From a virus: a stretch of 64,000 nt of DNA. This document shows positions 17,650 to 30,000 of this stretch, one piece after another. A model generated the notes under the pieces. That model saw only the letters and a program-made list of their open reading frames with translations, was not told the origin of the DNA and ran no database searches. The stretch lies in IMG/VR virus record IMGVR_UViG_3300029319_000016, positions 24,051-88,050 of that record; one strand, given 5' to 3'. The position numbers and the translations under genes were made by a program. Positions within the stretch are counted from its first letter, which is position 1; every line of letters begins with the position of its first letter.

Positions 17650-20600
17650 TACGATTTAACAATTGGTGGTGTAGGAAACAGGATAGTGTCATTTAGTCGT
17701 TGACTTTCGCCACTGTCTACGTTTCCAAATTCCACTTCTGCGTCTATTTTAATTAGTTCTATAAGAGAAAAGAAATCATAAGGCCAATTGTAAGCTAATT
17801 TTTGTTTTCGACCCGTGGCAGTAGCAACAATCTCATCACTAGAAACGTCCGCACCAGACTCATTTCTTTCAAACATTTTTTCAAAATAATTGTTTCTAGC
17901 TCTCTTTTTAACCTTAAATACCATCCATTGTAAATCTGTATTAATGTCAGATAGTCTTGTTATTTTTTGTAAATCACCTTGATTATTCAAGATAGCTCCT
18001 CTTCCAAAAAATTCTTGAGAGAACAAATCGTGTGAAAATGTAGATGTAACGACCTCTTGCTTGTTACCAATTGAAGGTGGTAAGTTTTGCCAGATATCTG
18101 CAAGGTCTTGTTTTGACAATTTATGAGAAAACTCAAATACATACATAACAACAGGATCTACATCTTTAAAAGAGACAAAATCAAATTGTGGAGGGAAAAC
18201 ATATTTTCTTAATTGTTTAACTAAGTCTGAAATTGTATCGCCTACTTTACTTTCTTGATTATTTAAAGCTGCTTCTACATCTTTTTTGTTAATTTTAAAA
18301 AATCTATTTTTACTACGGTCGGCTACAAAAGGAATCGCAACAACAGCTTCTTCAATTATTTTAGATTCTTTTATCTCTCCAACTCTAACTGGATCAGTAG
18401 AAAAACCACATAGATTCAATAATGATCCTGTTGCATCAAAATCTCTATTAAGAGCACCTTCAGTCCAATTTCTTGGTACTTCTTCTACTTGTATGAAGAT
18501 ACCTTCATCTGTACTTTGAGGAAGTCTACCGTATTGATGCCACATACCAATTGGAACAGAACTTGTTGCAATGTTTGGCATGGTTATTGTATCATGTGAA
18601 TGATGATTAAAATTCAATGTTGGGCATTCAAATTTTGACTGCATTATCCATCTATATTTGTTTTCAAATTGGGTGTCAACTGTAACATTGCGAGCATTCG
18701 TTATGTCTTGTCTTAGAACACCTTTTGAGAATATATTCATAGATGAAGCAATTTGCATAGCCATGTCATTATTTACAACAGTAGAGACATCAAACGGCTC
18801 AACACCGCTTATAATTCCTCCGACAGTTCTAGTACTATTTGCTCCGTCAACACCTGTTGCTGCGTCTACTAGAGGACCAAAATCGTGAGTAAATCTAGCT
18901 GACTCGTCAGCTTCCATTACAACAAGAAAGTCTGGTGATACAGTTGTACTATCAACAGTGGCAGAATATCCATCAACACTATTTAAAAGAGTTGCTAAGT
19001 TAGTTGCAAATAGTTCTTTAGTCAAGGTAGATGTCAAGCCAACATAAGCTTGCCCTGAAGTGAAAGTGGCTTGAGAAGTTATGGTATTAGAGCCGGTAAC
19101 TCCTAGGAACAAAGATCCATTAGATGCCGTTATTCCTATTGTTTGTCCATTAGTTATGACACCATCAATTTTAATTTTTAATTGCGCTTTGGTACTACTT
19201 GAAACAACAAACTGACTTGATCCTGAATTATAATATCTACAAAATTCAACAGAAGAATTGTTTATAATTTCTGGTAGTGTATATTTTTTGGTTCCCTCGG
19301 GTGGAACAAAGGTGATGTCAGCCCATGCTTCTCCATGATAATAGGGAGGAGTAAATGGGTAATTGAACCCATTATTAGCACCAGAAGATGTAACATCAGT
19401 ATAGGTTGAGCCGGTTTTATAAGAAAAATCCACAGAATTTTCTTTTTTAAAGACATTCCAGTTTTTAGTTTTAAAAAATGAACTGGAAAAGTGTGTAGGC
19501 GGTCCGAACGCAGAGGGTCTGGAATACATGGTAAATCCTTCACCCATGTTTCCTGTATCTTGTGGTACACCAAACTTTATACCATTATTAGCTTCTTGTG
19601 GTGATTTACTACCTGTAATTGTTCTATACATTTTTAGTCGTAACGAATATACTTTATCACCTTCAGCGTTTCCAAAGTTTGGATCACCTTGTGGTAGGGA
19701 AGTTATTGTAGTGTAGTTTTCATTTTCTAAAAAGAAATCTCCAACCTCAGCTAGAAAATTATTCATCTGTAATTTATAGTTATTATCACCTTGTCCATTC
19801 CATAAAACTTCTGTTTGTGTATTGCCTAAGGAATCTGGTTCATTTGAAAATAATGAAATATTTGCCAAGTGTTTTTCTGGTTCTACTAAAGCCTCAAATG
19901 GTATTCTTTGGTCAAATCGATCGTTTATATAAAATTCAATGTTATCATCTGTAGCGGTTGTCATGGAAGAAGTAATTACTGGATAGTCACAAGCTATACC
20001 TGATTTTATTGTATTAAACAGAACGCCTGGTCCAAATAAAGGATTTAGTAAATACTGTGTTGGATAGTTGTTGCCTATAACGTATTGTCCCAAATAATCA
20101 CCAGAACTCGTTATAGTTAGGTTAGAACCATAAGATGAATAAAATTGTTTAGCTATTTGAACTGTTCTTTGAGCAGGATAAAAACCGTCATAAGGTAAAA
20201 ACTTTTTTATCGCTTTGCAGCTTAAAGTTATTCTATAAGGATCAAAAAGTTTACTATGGTCTCTTTTCACTACATCAAACATTTTTAAAAACTCAGTATT
20301 AGAATAAGTTTTATAAAAATTATCCTGAGAGCTGTTCTTAAGAGTCTCTAACCCTCCAGATAACTCAATAAAATTGTTCTTAGCATCTAACGGACCGTGA
20401 GACAAAAAGAAATCTAAGTGGTCGTTAATCCTAAATTCTGGAACGATGGAATAGTCTTTACCTACTCCTCTAACTTCTTCCATAAATTCACCATAAGTGT
20501 CATAGAAAGGTTTTTTAGAACTACTAACAAAGTTTCCATTTTCATCAAAAAACCCAGCTTGATCGCCTGCTTCCCATTTAGCTGTTCCAAGAAACTTGTG

Positions 20601-23600
20601 TCTACTTATTAAAGGATAAATTGTTCCACCAGACAAATTAGTAAAAAATGGATTAACTACAGTTGCAGCACCAGTTAAAGAATGTCTTCTAGAATAGAAA
20701 CAAGATGCAGAAAACTGAGCATCGACAATTGTTGTTTTTGAAAAAGATCTTGCAAATTGAGAATATGAGTTTTGTAATATACCAGCTCCCTTGAAAGAAT
20801 TAAAACCAGTTGATCCTCCAATAGGAGAAGCTGCCGCGTCTGGAGACGTAAAATTTTCTATTGTCTTAGGGGCAGCATCTACACTTTTACTTAAAGTTAC
20901 CACATAAGTATTGAAATTTGAACCAGGTAAAATACTAAAATTTGCATACGAACCATTATCTAATCTTAAGCTTTCAGGTACACTATCTACATAGCCATAA
21001 ATGTTGGCAAAACCTGTTGTATAGTCACCAGAAGAAGAGTAATCGTAATGAGTTCCATATTGCATGTTAGAAGAAGAAACACCAAATTTCACCGCGTTCT
21101 CGCCAAAATCTTCATTTAAGTGTGTTTTTTCAAAATCATACCACAAAATTGGTCCACTTAACTCAGTTAAGCTTTCGCAAACATTAGAATAGTTTTCAAA
21201 TCTTAGACCAGTATTTCCATCAGTTTTAGATTCAGTTCCAGTTACGCCTCCACAAAATCTTTTAACTTTATTATTCATTTGCGTTGTTGACAAACTATTG
21301 TGATCAAAACATCCACTTACCACAGCAATGTCTGATATATAAAACTCATTTAAATATTGTTGAGTTAAATTATTACCAGAACTAAACCAAAAAACATCAG
21401 TTGGTATAGAGCCTGTGTCTGCTGCTGTCCATGATGATGCTGTGTATGCTTGATGTGCTCCGGGGGCAACGTGTCCAGGGCCATTAAAAAATCCCCACTG
21501 ATCGTTTACAGCACTAGCGGACATAAATTCTCCATTTATAGCTAATTGAACTGCTCCAGATGGATTTAAAGTAGCTGCTATCATAGATTGACTTAAAGAT
21601 AAATAGAAATGCTGTTGTCTTCCCAAAATTGGTTGTAAATAATAAGTACCACTACTTTGAGCCCCCACTGGATTATTATCCGTAAAAACATCATCAAAAA
21701 AGAATTCAACTGCTCCACTTCTAGGAACATTTCCATAGTGTACTGTTCCGTCGTTTTTAAACCATTTGGTACCAAGTCTAACCACTAATCTGGGTCTTCC
21801 AATGGTAGTGTAGCCAGAGTCAGAAAGCTTAACAGATGATGTGGTATAATATACCTGCCTCCTCAATGCCTTAATGGTGGACAGATTCCCAGAGTAACTA
21901 ATAGTATCTTCAGATCTTATCCCTGAAAAATCCACGGACGAAGAAATGTCAAAAAATAGTGTGTGATAAGCATCTGTAGGATAGTTGGCTAAAGAATTCC
22001 AGTAGGTTAATCCACAATCCACAGAACATGAAAACCAATGTTGTCTGTATGTTTCAGTTAGTCCTGTTGGGGCTGCTGTGTCTCTCCAAATGTTTTGAAT
22101 TGTTGTAAATCTTCTTGCGTAGTTTGGTGATGGAAGATCTCCGAGATCGCTAAGATACAAGCCTTTCCTAGTTATTTTGGTTTCAGTAACTTCAACAGAG
22201 TCATATGAATATGTCTCTAGAAATGCTCCTTTTATCGCATCCCAATAGGCCTGAGCTCCTACTAATAAATGACTACCATGGGAACTGAGGATAATGTTAC
22301 CAATGCTACCTCTCTCAGCAAAATCTACAAAGTTTGTGTCATAGCCTAAGTCTCCTATTTCTGTAACATTTCCTGCGCCATCTCTATAAGATAAGTAAAT
22401 ACCAGAAGCAGGATAAAAAGGAAAATGAAAACCAAAAGCATCAGCTTTCGTAGTAGATGCTGTTGCAAATGATGGTCCATAAATTTTAAAAGAACCAGGA
22501 TTTCCTTGCAAACCTTGATTTTGGAAATCTTTATCTGTATCTAAAACCCACATAGACTGTGATGGAATCAAATGTCCAAATCCATTGTTTTGATTTAACT
22601 CTACTCTTTCATTTCTATCATCTTTCCAATAACCAGAAATAAAATTTGGTCTTTGTCTAACATAATTTTTTGTGGCATATAAAGAAGTTGGAAAAATTGT
22701 TTGACATAATTTAACACTATCAATACTTTCTATAATTGAATTAGTTGGGTCTATAGCAGTGTAGAACCTTTTAATATCACTATAATTTTTGTGATTATTT
22801 CTCTCTATACCTAATTCTCTATTTAAAAAGTTATTGTGGAAATACTGTATTTGACTTTGAAAAGGAGTGGATAAAACAATTTTATCGTCATATTCTTCTT
22901 CTCCATCTTTAATCAATATGTTAACAACAGCTTCGAAAGGTTTGTTTTTAAATGTTATTGGAACTTCATTATAATTTGTTAACTTTCCATATTTGTCAAA
23001 ATGTGTTGATAAAATTCTTTCATTTCTAATCGTTCTTCTTGCTTGTCCAGTTTCTGAAACGTGAGAGAAAATACTGTTTTTATTATGAAATCTTGTAATT
23101 GGATTTTGATGTGTTCTTATTTGCTTAAATGTTGAATAGCCATAAAGACCGTTTCTGTGTATGTTTAAAGCTGAAAAATAATCATTGCTCGATATGGTTG
23201 CAATTTTTTTGTTTCTTTTTTCAACTAATTTATTTGTTTTTATTATAGATGGTGGAAGTCGTGTACCTTCAGTTACTACAGAAACATTTCCAACGATTGC
23301 TTTTATTTCTGTCTGCTCTGGCAAATCTTCTCCATCTGATATAAAAGACAACTCTTTTTCTGTTCCTAAAAGAAAATATAAAAAAATGTTTGAAGAAACT
23401 GAAGTATTTCTAACATCATTAATAAATCCATTTGAATAAATCTCTTGAACCTCTTCGTATGAAAGTTTTTTACTAATAAAACACAAGTTTGATAACAATC
23501 CATGAAAGCCATTATATCCAGTAGGAATTGTTCCTATATTGATACTATCTTGTATTTGTCTAACATTTCCAGTATTTGGATCACTATCTGTTGAAAAGGT

Positions 23601-24077
23601 TGTTACTCTTTCTACTCCGTTTATATACAACAGAGCAGTATTTCCTTCAAAATTTCCATCCCAAGTAAAAAGAAAGTGCGAGAACTCTCTAATTTCTGCC
23701 TGTGAGAATTGAAATTTATAGTCTTTGGTGTTTCCACTATGGTCAGTAACATTGACAGTAAACCTAGGAGTACTCAACGATGGGTATAAACTAACACGTA
23801 TTGATAGCGATCCTGATGATGAGCACTGAAAAACGTTATTGAGTCCTACCGCGGAAGGATCGGTTAATTTTGCCCAAAACGAGAAACTTATACCACCAGT
23901 TGTTGGAAATAAATCGGTTGGGATTGTACCTTTCAAAGTAGTTCCACTTGATCCACCAGAGTCTATGAACGGAAATTGTATCATTCTAGTACTATTTTCG
24001 CCAATCGTATTGGTATCTGTATCTATCTTTTCATTTACCAGTGTGTTGAGACCTACAAGGTCTAAGTATATTGACAT
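17649..24077 (-). CDS. Giant structural protein with N-terminal LamG/concanavalin A-like domain
   Basis: 2142 aa. ISFSFWAK...FSHFLFTWDG...LLYINGV...FHGLLSNLCFISKKLSYEEVQEIY is a LamG-like pattern. Confidence 0.75.
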   Translation of the reverse strand: MSIYLDLVGLNTLVNEKIDTDTNTIGENSTRMIQFPFIDSGGSSGTTLKGTIPTDLFPTTGGISFSFWAKLTDPSAVGLNNVFQCSSSGSLSIRVSLYPSLSTPRFTVNVTDHSGNTKDYKFQFSQAEIREFSHFLFTWDGNFEGNTALLYINGVERVTTFSTDSDPNTGNVRQIQDSINIGTIPTGYNGFHGLLSNLCFISKKLSYEEVQEIYSNGFINDVRNTSVSSNIFLYFLLGTEKELSFISDGEDLPEQTEIKAIVGNVSVVTEGTRLPPSIIKTNKLVEKRNKKIATISSNDYFSALNIHRNGLYGYSTFKQIRTHQNPITRFHNKNSIFSHVSETGQARRTIRNERILSTHFDKYGKLTNYNEVPITFKNKPFEAVVNILIKDGEEEYDDKIVLSTPFQSQIQYFHNNFLNRELGIERNNHKNYSDIKRFYTAIDPTNSIIESIDSVKLCQTIFPTSLYATKNYVRQRPNFISGYWKDDRNERVELNQNNGFGHLIPSQSMWVLDTDKDFQNQGLQGNPGSFKIYGPSFATASTTKADAFGFHFPFYPASGIYLSYRDGAGNVTEIGDLGYDTNFVDFAERGSIGNIILSSHGSHLLVGAQAYWDAIKGAFLETYSYDSVEVTETKITRKGLYLSDLGDLPSPNYARRFTTIQNIWRDTAAPTGLTETYRQHWFSCSVDCGLTYWNSLANYPTDAYHTLFFDISSSVDFSGIRSEDTISYSGNLSTIKALRRQVYYTTSSVKLSDSGYTTIGRPRLVVRLGTKWFKNDGTVHYGNVPRSGAVEFFFDDVFTDNNPVGAQSSGTYYLQPILGRQQHFYLSLSQSMIAATLNPSGAVQLAINGEFMSASAVNDQWGFFNGPGHVAPGAHQAYTASSWTAADTGSIPTDVFWFSSGNNLTQQYLNEFYISDIAVVSGCFDHNSLSTTQMNNKVKRFCGGVTGTESKTDGNTGLRFENYSNVCESLTELSGPILWYDFEKTHLNEDFGENAVKFGVSSSNMQYGTHYDYSSSGDYTTGFANIYGYVDSVPESLRLDNGSYANFSILPGSNFNTYVVTLSKSVDAAPKTIENFTSPDAAASPIGGSTGFNSFKGAGILQNSYSQFARSFSKTTIVDAQFSASCFYSRRHSLTGAATVVNPFFTNLSGGTIYPLISRHKFLGTAKWEAGDQAGFFDENGNFVSSSKKPFYDTYGEFMEEVRGVGKDYSIVPEFRINDHLDFFLSHGPLDAKNNFIELSGGLETLKNSSQDNFYKTYSNTEFLKMFDVVKRDHSKLFDPYRITLSCKAIKKFLPYDGFYPAQRTVQIAKQFYSSYGSNLTITSSGDYLGQYVIGNNYPTQYLLNPLFGPGVLFNTIKSGIACDYPVITSSMTTATDDNIEFYINDRFDQRIPFEALVEPEKHLANISLFSNEPDSLGNTQTEVLWNGQGDNNYKLQMNNFLAEVGDFFLENENYTTITSLPQGDPNFGNAEGDKVYSLRLKMYRTITGSKSPQEANNGIKFGVPQDTGNMGEGFTMYSRPSAFGPPTHFSSSFFKTKNWNVFKKENSVDFSYKTGSTYTDVTSSGANNGFNYPFTPPYYHGEAWADITFVPPEGTKKYTLPEIINNSSVEFCRYYNSGSSQFVVSSSTKAQLKIKIDGVITNGQTIGITASNGSLFLGVTGSNTITSQATFTSGQAYVGLTSTLTKELFATNLATLLNSVDGYSATVDSTTVSPDFLVVMEADESARFTHDFGPLVDAATGVDGANSTRTVGGIISGVEPFDVSTVVNNDMAMQIASSMNIFSKGVLRQDITNARNVTVDTQFENKYRWIMQSKFECPTLNFNHHSHDTITMPNIATSSVPIGMWHQYGRLPQSTDEGIFIQVEEVPRNWTEGALNRDFDATGSLLNLCGFSTDPVRVGEIKESKIIEEAVVAIPFVADRSKNRFFKINKKDVEAALNNQESKVGDTISDLVKQLRKYVFPPQFDFVSFKDVDPVVMYVFEFSHKLSKQDLADIWQNLPPSIGNKQEVVTSTFSHDLFSQEFFGRGAILNNQGDLQKITRLSDINTDLQWMVFKVKKRARNNYFEKMFERNESGADVSSDEIVATATGRKQKLAYNWPYDFFSLIELIKIDAEVEFGNVDSGESQRLNDTILFPTPPIVKS

Positions 24078-24078
24078 T

Positions 24079-27000
24079 TTATTCTCCGTATGTAGCGTAT
24101 ATTTCTGATGATGAAGGGAAGGTAATTGCTGATTCTATTTTATCATTGATTTTATTTAGCCCATCTTTTGGCCAATAACCAAACATCTTTTGTACCCCAC
24201 TTCTTACACTATAATTATTTCCAAGCGAAGAAGTTACCCAACTATAATTGTAATCAGAAGCAGGCAAAACAGAATTGTAATTATAATTATTGTTCTTTTC
24301 TCCTATTATAGAACCCGGTTGGTGTCTTGGTAGCTCAGCTGTCACCAACTGAAGTCTTTGAGGTTGAGTAGATCCTGTTATGTCATAGATGCTGTCTCGA
24401 GCAGAAATCCGAGCTCTGTTGGCATAATCTGCATCAACATTCCATACTTTTGCATATTCTACTTCTTTTCCTGCTCCGAAACTATAACCCTGTATAGACC
24501 CAGTTTTATAAAAATTACCGGGACTATCAAAATTACTCACAAATGTTCCTGGGTTTAATGGGTTTGGTTCTTTATATATGTTTTCACCCAATGTAAAATA
24601 CGCTTGAATTTTATAGGACTCATTAATTGAAAGTACATCAGCATTTGGATTTTTATATAAATACTCTATTGTTGAAGGTTCAGGCAAGTCCCACCAAATA
24701 AGAGTATCCGCTATCATGCCTGAAAATTCAGACTCAGTTGTATCAGCGTCTGCATCTGAAATACCAGATAAATTTCCTCCCCAAGTGGCGTAACTAATAT
24801 TAGGATAGCTTCCACCCCCAGTATAGCCACCATTATCTGTAAATTTTCCATTTTCAGTGCTCGAATCGTATCGCCAAGTGTATGGCTTTACTACATCTTT
24901 ACTACTTACTCCATTTATGTAAATTATCGGCTCAGCATTAAGTTCTTTTCTGTAAAAGAATGCAATGTGATACCATTTGTTAAACTGTATTGGGGCATCT
25001 CCTTGTGGTATCGCATCTGGATCATTTGCACCTAAAAAGTTTTTTAAATTTATGTTCATTACATCGATGTCTCTTCTATTGACTTGTATACCCATCGAAT
25101 AACCAACCTTCGGGTAAGTTGTTCTTTGAATATAAAGACCTGTGGTGACCATCGAGTTATTAACACCGAAATAAAATGGATAAATTTCGTGTGTGCTGGT
25201 AGTATAGCTTTGTAATTTATCAAAGTTAACCCAATACGAAAATCCAACCCAACCTTCATTTCTTGCTTTCGTGGTTTTCCTCACAGCATCTATGTTTCCC
25301 CAATAATCATTGTAGGTCGAGACTTGTATAGCTGAATAAGTCTCAGCTGGATCTGTGGGATGAAATCTAAAAACTTTTCTTTGAAAAGTATCATTATCTG
25401 TTGTAGCTATTGGGCGAACTAAAGTGTTTCTTGGAATTTTATGAAAAGAGGCACTATAAGCGTAATCTGATTGATCTGGTAATCCATAAACGCCATCAGT
25501 ACCAGAACGACCCATAGGACGTTGATAAAGAGCTCTCAGACCATCTCTAGTGTTAATCTGGCTGTTCGCTCTTATCGTTCCAGATTCACCGCTTCCTGAG
25601 CCTCTAATAGATAAGTTTCTATAGTTTAAAGAGTTGTGAACAGAATATTCTCTTGCATATGCATCTAAGTATCCGTAAGATTGAACTTCAGGACCACCAG
25701 GTGCGGAAAATCTTGAAGCTATTACTGTTTTGTTTCTTTGAGATCCTGTTAAGAAGTCTGACTCTCTTTGAACTAAATTTAAAGGCCCTTCGATAGCAGT
25801 GGTATTAGACAATACCGTAAACGATGGATTAACATGATTACTGGCTGAAATTGAAATTCTGGCTGTTGTTGAGTGATAATCTTTTCTGGGTTTTATTGTA
25901 AAAATTGCTCTTTCAGATCCAGAAACATAAGGAAATTCAAAATCTTTAAATTGATGTTCTAATTTTCTTTGGGCTTGGTCCCAAATTTCTGTGTTTGTTA
26001 GATAGCCTAAGCCTTTCGTAAAGTAGAACCTATGGTCTTGGTCGTAAGGAATGCGTAATGTATTGTTGTGTGTTCCAAAACTAGAGGAAAGAAATTTATC
26101 TCTATTATTATGGTGATTATGAAGTCCTCCTGATACCTCATAACCATAATGATAAGTATCCCAATATGATTCGTCTCCATACTTCCACCAACTAAGAATG
26201 GTTGATGCCTTAGAATGTGTGGAAGGATCTTTCCAATTACCATTATTATATAATTCAGCTATTTCACCAGAACCAGTTAACAAAGTTTTCCAAATTACAA
26301 TGTCTTGGAGTGTTATTTTATCGTCATTGCGTATAATGAACTCATTGATTTGAGGAGTAGTCCCACCTACAGGACTGTAGGTAGTACCAGATGATGTCAC
26401 AGGGTGTCCATTTTGATATAATCTAGGTACCTTAGTGGCACTAGATAGGTCATCTACTTCAAAAACGGCTACATAGTGTACCCATTGACTACCAGATACA
26501 GATCCATTATTTGTATCAAAAATTGTTTCATCTTTTGCATTTGCACTATTTTCAAAATAGATTTGTATGTCATTATCCAAGAAAATTTGATGCCTCCATG
26601 TATCTCCATCATCTTTAAATCCTATGTGAGCAGTGTTGGATAATTCATTCACGGGAGTTTTCATCCACCAAGAAATTGAAAAGTTGTCTGTATTTAGGCC
26701 AGAAAGAGAACCTGTTGCGTCAGCTGTGAACGTGTTAGGACTTCTGAAAGTTTTTCTATATGTATAAAGGTTGAACAACTTGTTGAAATCTTGAGTTTTT
26801 GGATTTCCATCGGTATCAAGCCAAAGTGTTTTCTGGTATCCTCCTACTTGATCAGCCAAAGGATGTACCACTTGACCAAAAACATTTCCAACTGATAATG
26901 TTAGATTTAAATAATGATTATCTGTTAGGGAAGAGGCAGTTGCAATCGTAAAGCGAGGATAGCTTATTCTTTTAGGCATTGCTCTACTAGTTATACCGCT

Positions 27001-30000
27001 ACCAAAATAATTTCCAAAATCAGAGGTATTTGATCCTATAAGAGTTAAAGGATGGGTTGTCACCGGTAACGTTGTAGAAATATCTGTTGGTAAAAAGTTA
27101 CCGCTTATCTGATAATTTGCATCTGAAGCGGCTTTTTTCAATCTATTGTTATTCTCTAGTCTACCAACTGTATTGAAATATTCATACTTCTCTTTGTAGT
27201 TACCTTGAACTCTTTCTGAACCACTTATGTTTTGTATGTTATATGGGCGCTTAGCTCTAAATCCTCTATAATAGATTGCCCATTGTCTTGAAGGATCAGG
27301 ATAGGGTCCACCATAGTCAGGACCAACAAGACCTAAAGCACCATCTTTTACTGATTCGTCAGGGTGCTCACCAAACAAAATTCTATAAGCTTCAGGTCTA
27401 GAATATTGGTCATCTAAATTATTTAAAGTCGCTGCTCCACCTTCTGTTTTCAAATTAGTGTCATGTCTATTAACTGGTACGTGTCTAGACTGATGTCCAC
27501 CAACCCAAGTTTCAGCAAAGGGTCCTTGCAATGGAATGTCATTTTGCAAATAAGTTGTGTCTGAATGCAAGTTGGTTAAGACAACGGAAGCTGAGTAGTT
27601 ATCAAAAACTTTCTTGTTGGCTCCTCTCGGTTCAGAACCAGAGATTAAATTAAACGGAGCTGCGTAGTGGCCCTTAACTTTGTAAATGTAATCCAAAGAA
27701 GCTGTGGATGGAGCATTACCATCATTTGAAGAGTCTTTACCAACTGTTATAACAAAATTATACTCATCAACTTGATTAGGATCTAAGACATCGTTTGAGA
27801 TGTTTGTGTTAACTATGCCCTGTCCTGGACCAACACCAACAACAGCGACATTGACTGGTACGCCTAAATTTGTTTTAGACCCATGAGGTCTAAGAACATC
27901 ATAAACAAAATCTCTATTTTTATTTTGATTGTAGTTTATACCTGAATGTATTGTACTTTGTACATCAAAAGACAGTTTATAAGGTCTAGAAAATCTTCTT
28001 AAAGTGTAAGTAGGTTTAAGATAAATTCCACCATCATTGTTTAGTAGATATTTGTTGTAAGTTACGGTTTCAGTGGTAACGACTTCTTGAACTGTTTGGA
28101 TTTCACTAGCCAAAGGACCAAGTCTCTCCGACCTTTCTTTTTGCCATAAAGAGTGATCGTTTTCTGATCCGTTTTTATATTCCGGAGAGTGACCAACTTT
28201 CCAGTTGTAAGTTAAGGGACCAATGCTTTGAATTGTACCAACAGTGGCTTGAACCTTATTAACAGTAGGAAATTTTCTATCATACTTTGGTCTTTCAAAA
28301 ATGTGACTCTCAACAACATTAGAGACATTTTTTGTAAAAGTTACTGATGCTGGTTTCAGTTGTTCAATAAAGAAAGACAAAGACGAGTCTATCCACTTAA
28401 AGTAATCTGTGTATCTGTCTAAATCTGGATTGCCTGTAACTCTTTCAAAAAATAAACCTCGAGCAGTTCTTAATTTTTTGTATTCCATTCTATAATAGTC
28501 AACAGGTTTGGCAAACAGATTAGCTAACTCTTTCATCGAAGAAAAGGTTCTTAACATTTCATCTGAAATTGATTGGTACATACTTTTTTCTAGAGCAAAG
28601 ATGTTGTCTGTTGTGTCCTCATCTTCTAGAAAATATTCCATCTCATTATCAAAGATAGAAATCCTATCGTTTGTAAAGGAAATTTCGGGTAGTTCTTTTC
28701 TTCTAGAGTAAATAAAATCTAGCTTTACAGGATTTGTGTCATTGCTTGGAAAACCCAAGGCTCTACCTAGATTCTCTCTTTCTATTATGTTTGAAACCCA
28801 TCCATATTTATTACCAACAACTTTAACTGTTTTTCTACCACCTGTTAAACCAGAAAAAACAATAGTATCGCTTGGTAAAGAACCAGGTGTAATTGCAATA
28901 TTTCCCTGTGAGCCTTTTTTAATATGAATTAAATCTATAAAATTTTTATTAGGTGGATTTCTTTGTAAAACTTTTATTGTATTTGTACCATTAGTTCCAT
29001 GCCCATTAGAGCTTTCTATAGCAATGGCGATTTGTGAAGCAATTAGAACAGCTTGAGTTATACCATTAATTTGTACAACTACACCATCAGAGGTGACTGT
29101 CCCGCTTGCTCCTTTTGTTCCAGTATTATCAAAAAAGTATTCTATTGCATTCCCATCTGAATCAGTTATTGTAAACCCATCGGTAGTTGGGAGACTAGCG
29201 TGTTTTGCTAATCCACCACCAACATCTACTACTTCTATTATACCTGTTGCTTTTGAAATTATTTCCACTCCCGCAGAACCACTTGAAAAGTCTTGAACTG
29301 TAAACTCTCCCAGAGAGTTAGCTGATGAATTTTTATCAAAATTCCAATGTAGTATTAGTGAATCGTAGCCTGGAATCTCAACGCTACTAGAAATACCATA
29401 ATTGAAGTTTGTTGTATTTGAATAAATTTTATCATGACCATAATTAAATGCGTCCAAATTGTGTGCTTTAATTGATTCGTTATTAAGCTCATCCATCCAA
29501 ACTCTTAAAGAATCAACAATCACATCTGTTTCATCAATAACTGAACCTGTGTTGTTTTGTGCGTGTGCACCAAGATAAAAACGCTTTGAATTGCATAAAA
29601 TTGCTGAGCCTGTTGTAAAGTTTGCACTAGCTGTTATTTCAAACTCGTGCTTTACATTTCCAAATGCATGTGTGACACCATAAAGTCTAGCAGTATATTT
29701 TGGTTGTGAACTTTGTAATACTCCAATAGTCGGATAACCTTGAGGTTTAATAGACATTTGAAGGTTCCATCTTTCATCATTATATACATCTTCATAAAGA
29801 CCAGTCTCAGCGTAAATACTATTGTCATAATTTTTTATAACAAACTTTACATTTGGTGATTCTACATGATCTTTTACAGCAAAAACTTGCAAGTTTGCAA
29901 CATCGTTTGAATGCCAAGAGTAATCAGAAGAATCATCAGAATTGGCTTGGTGAAAACCAAATAAGGAAGCTGATACGGATTGCAATGTATAAAAACCAGA

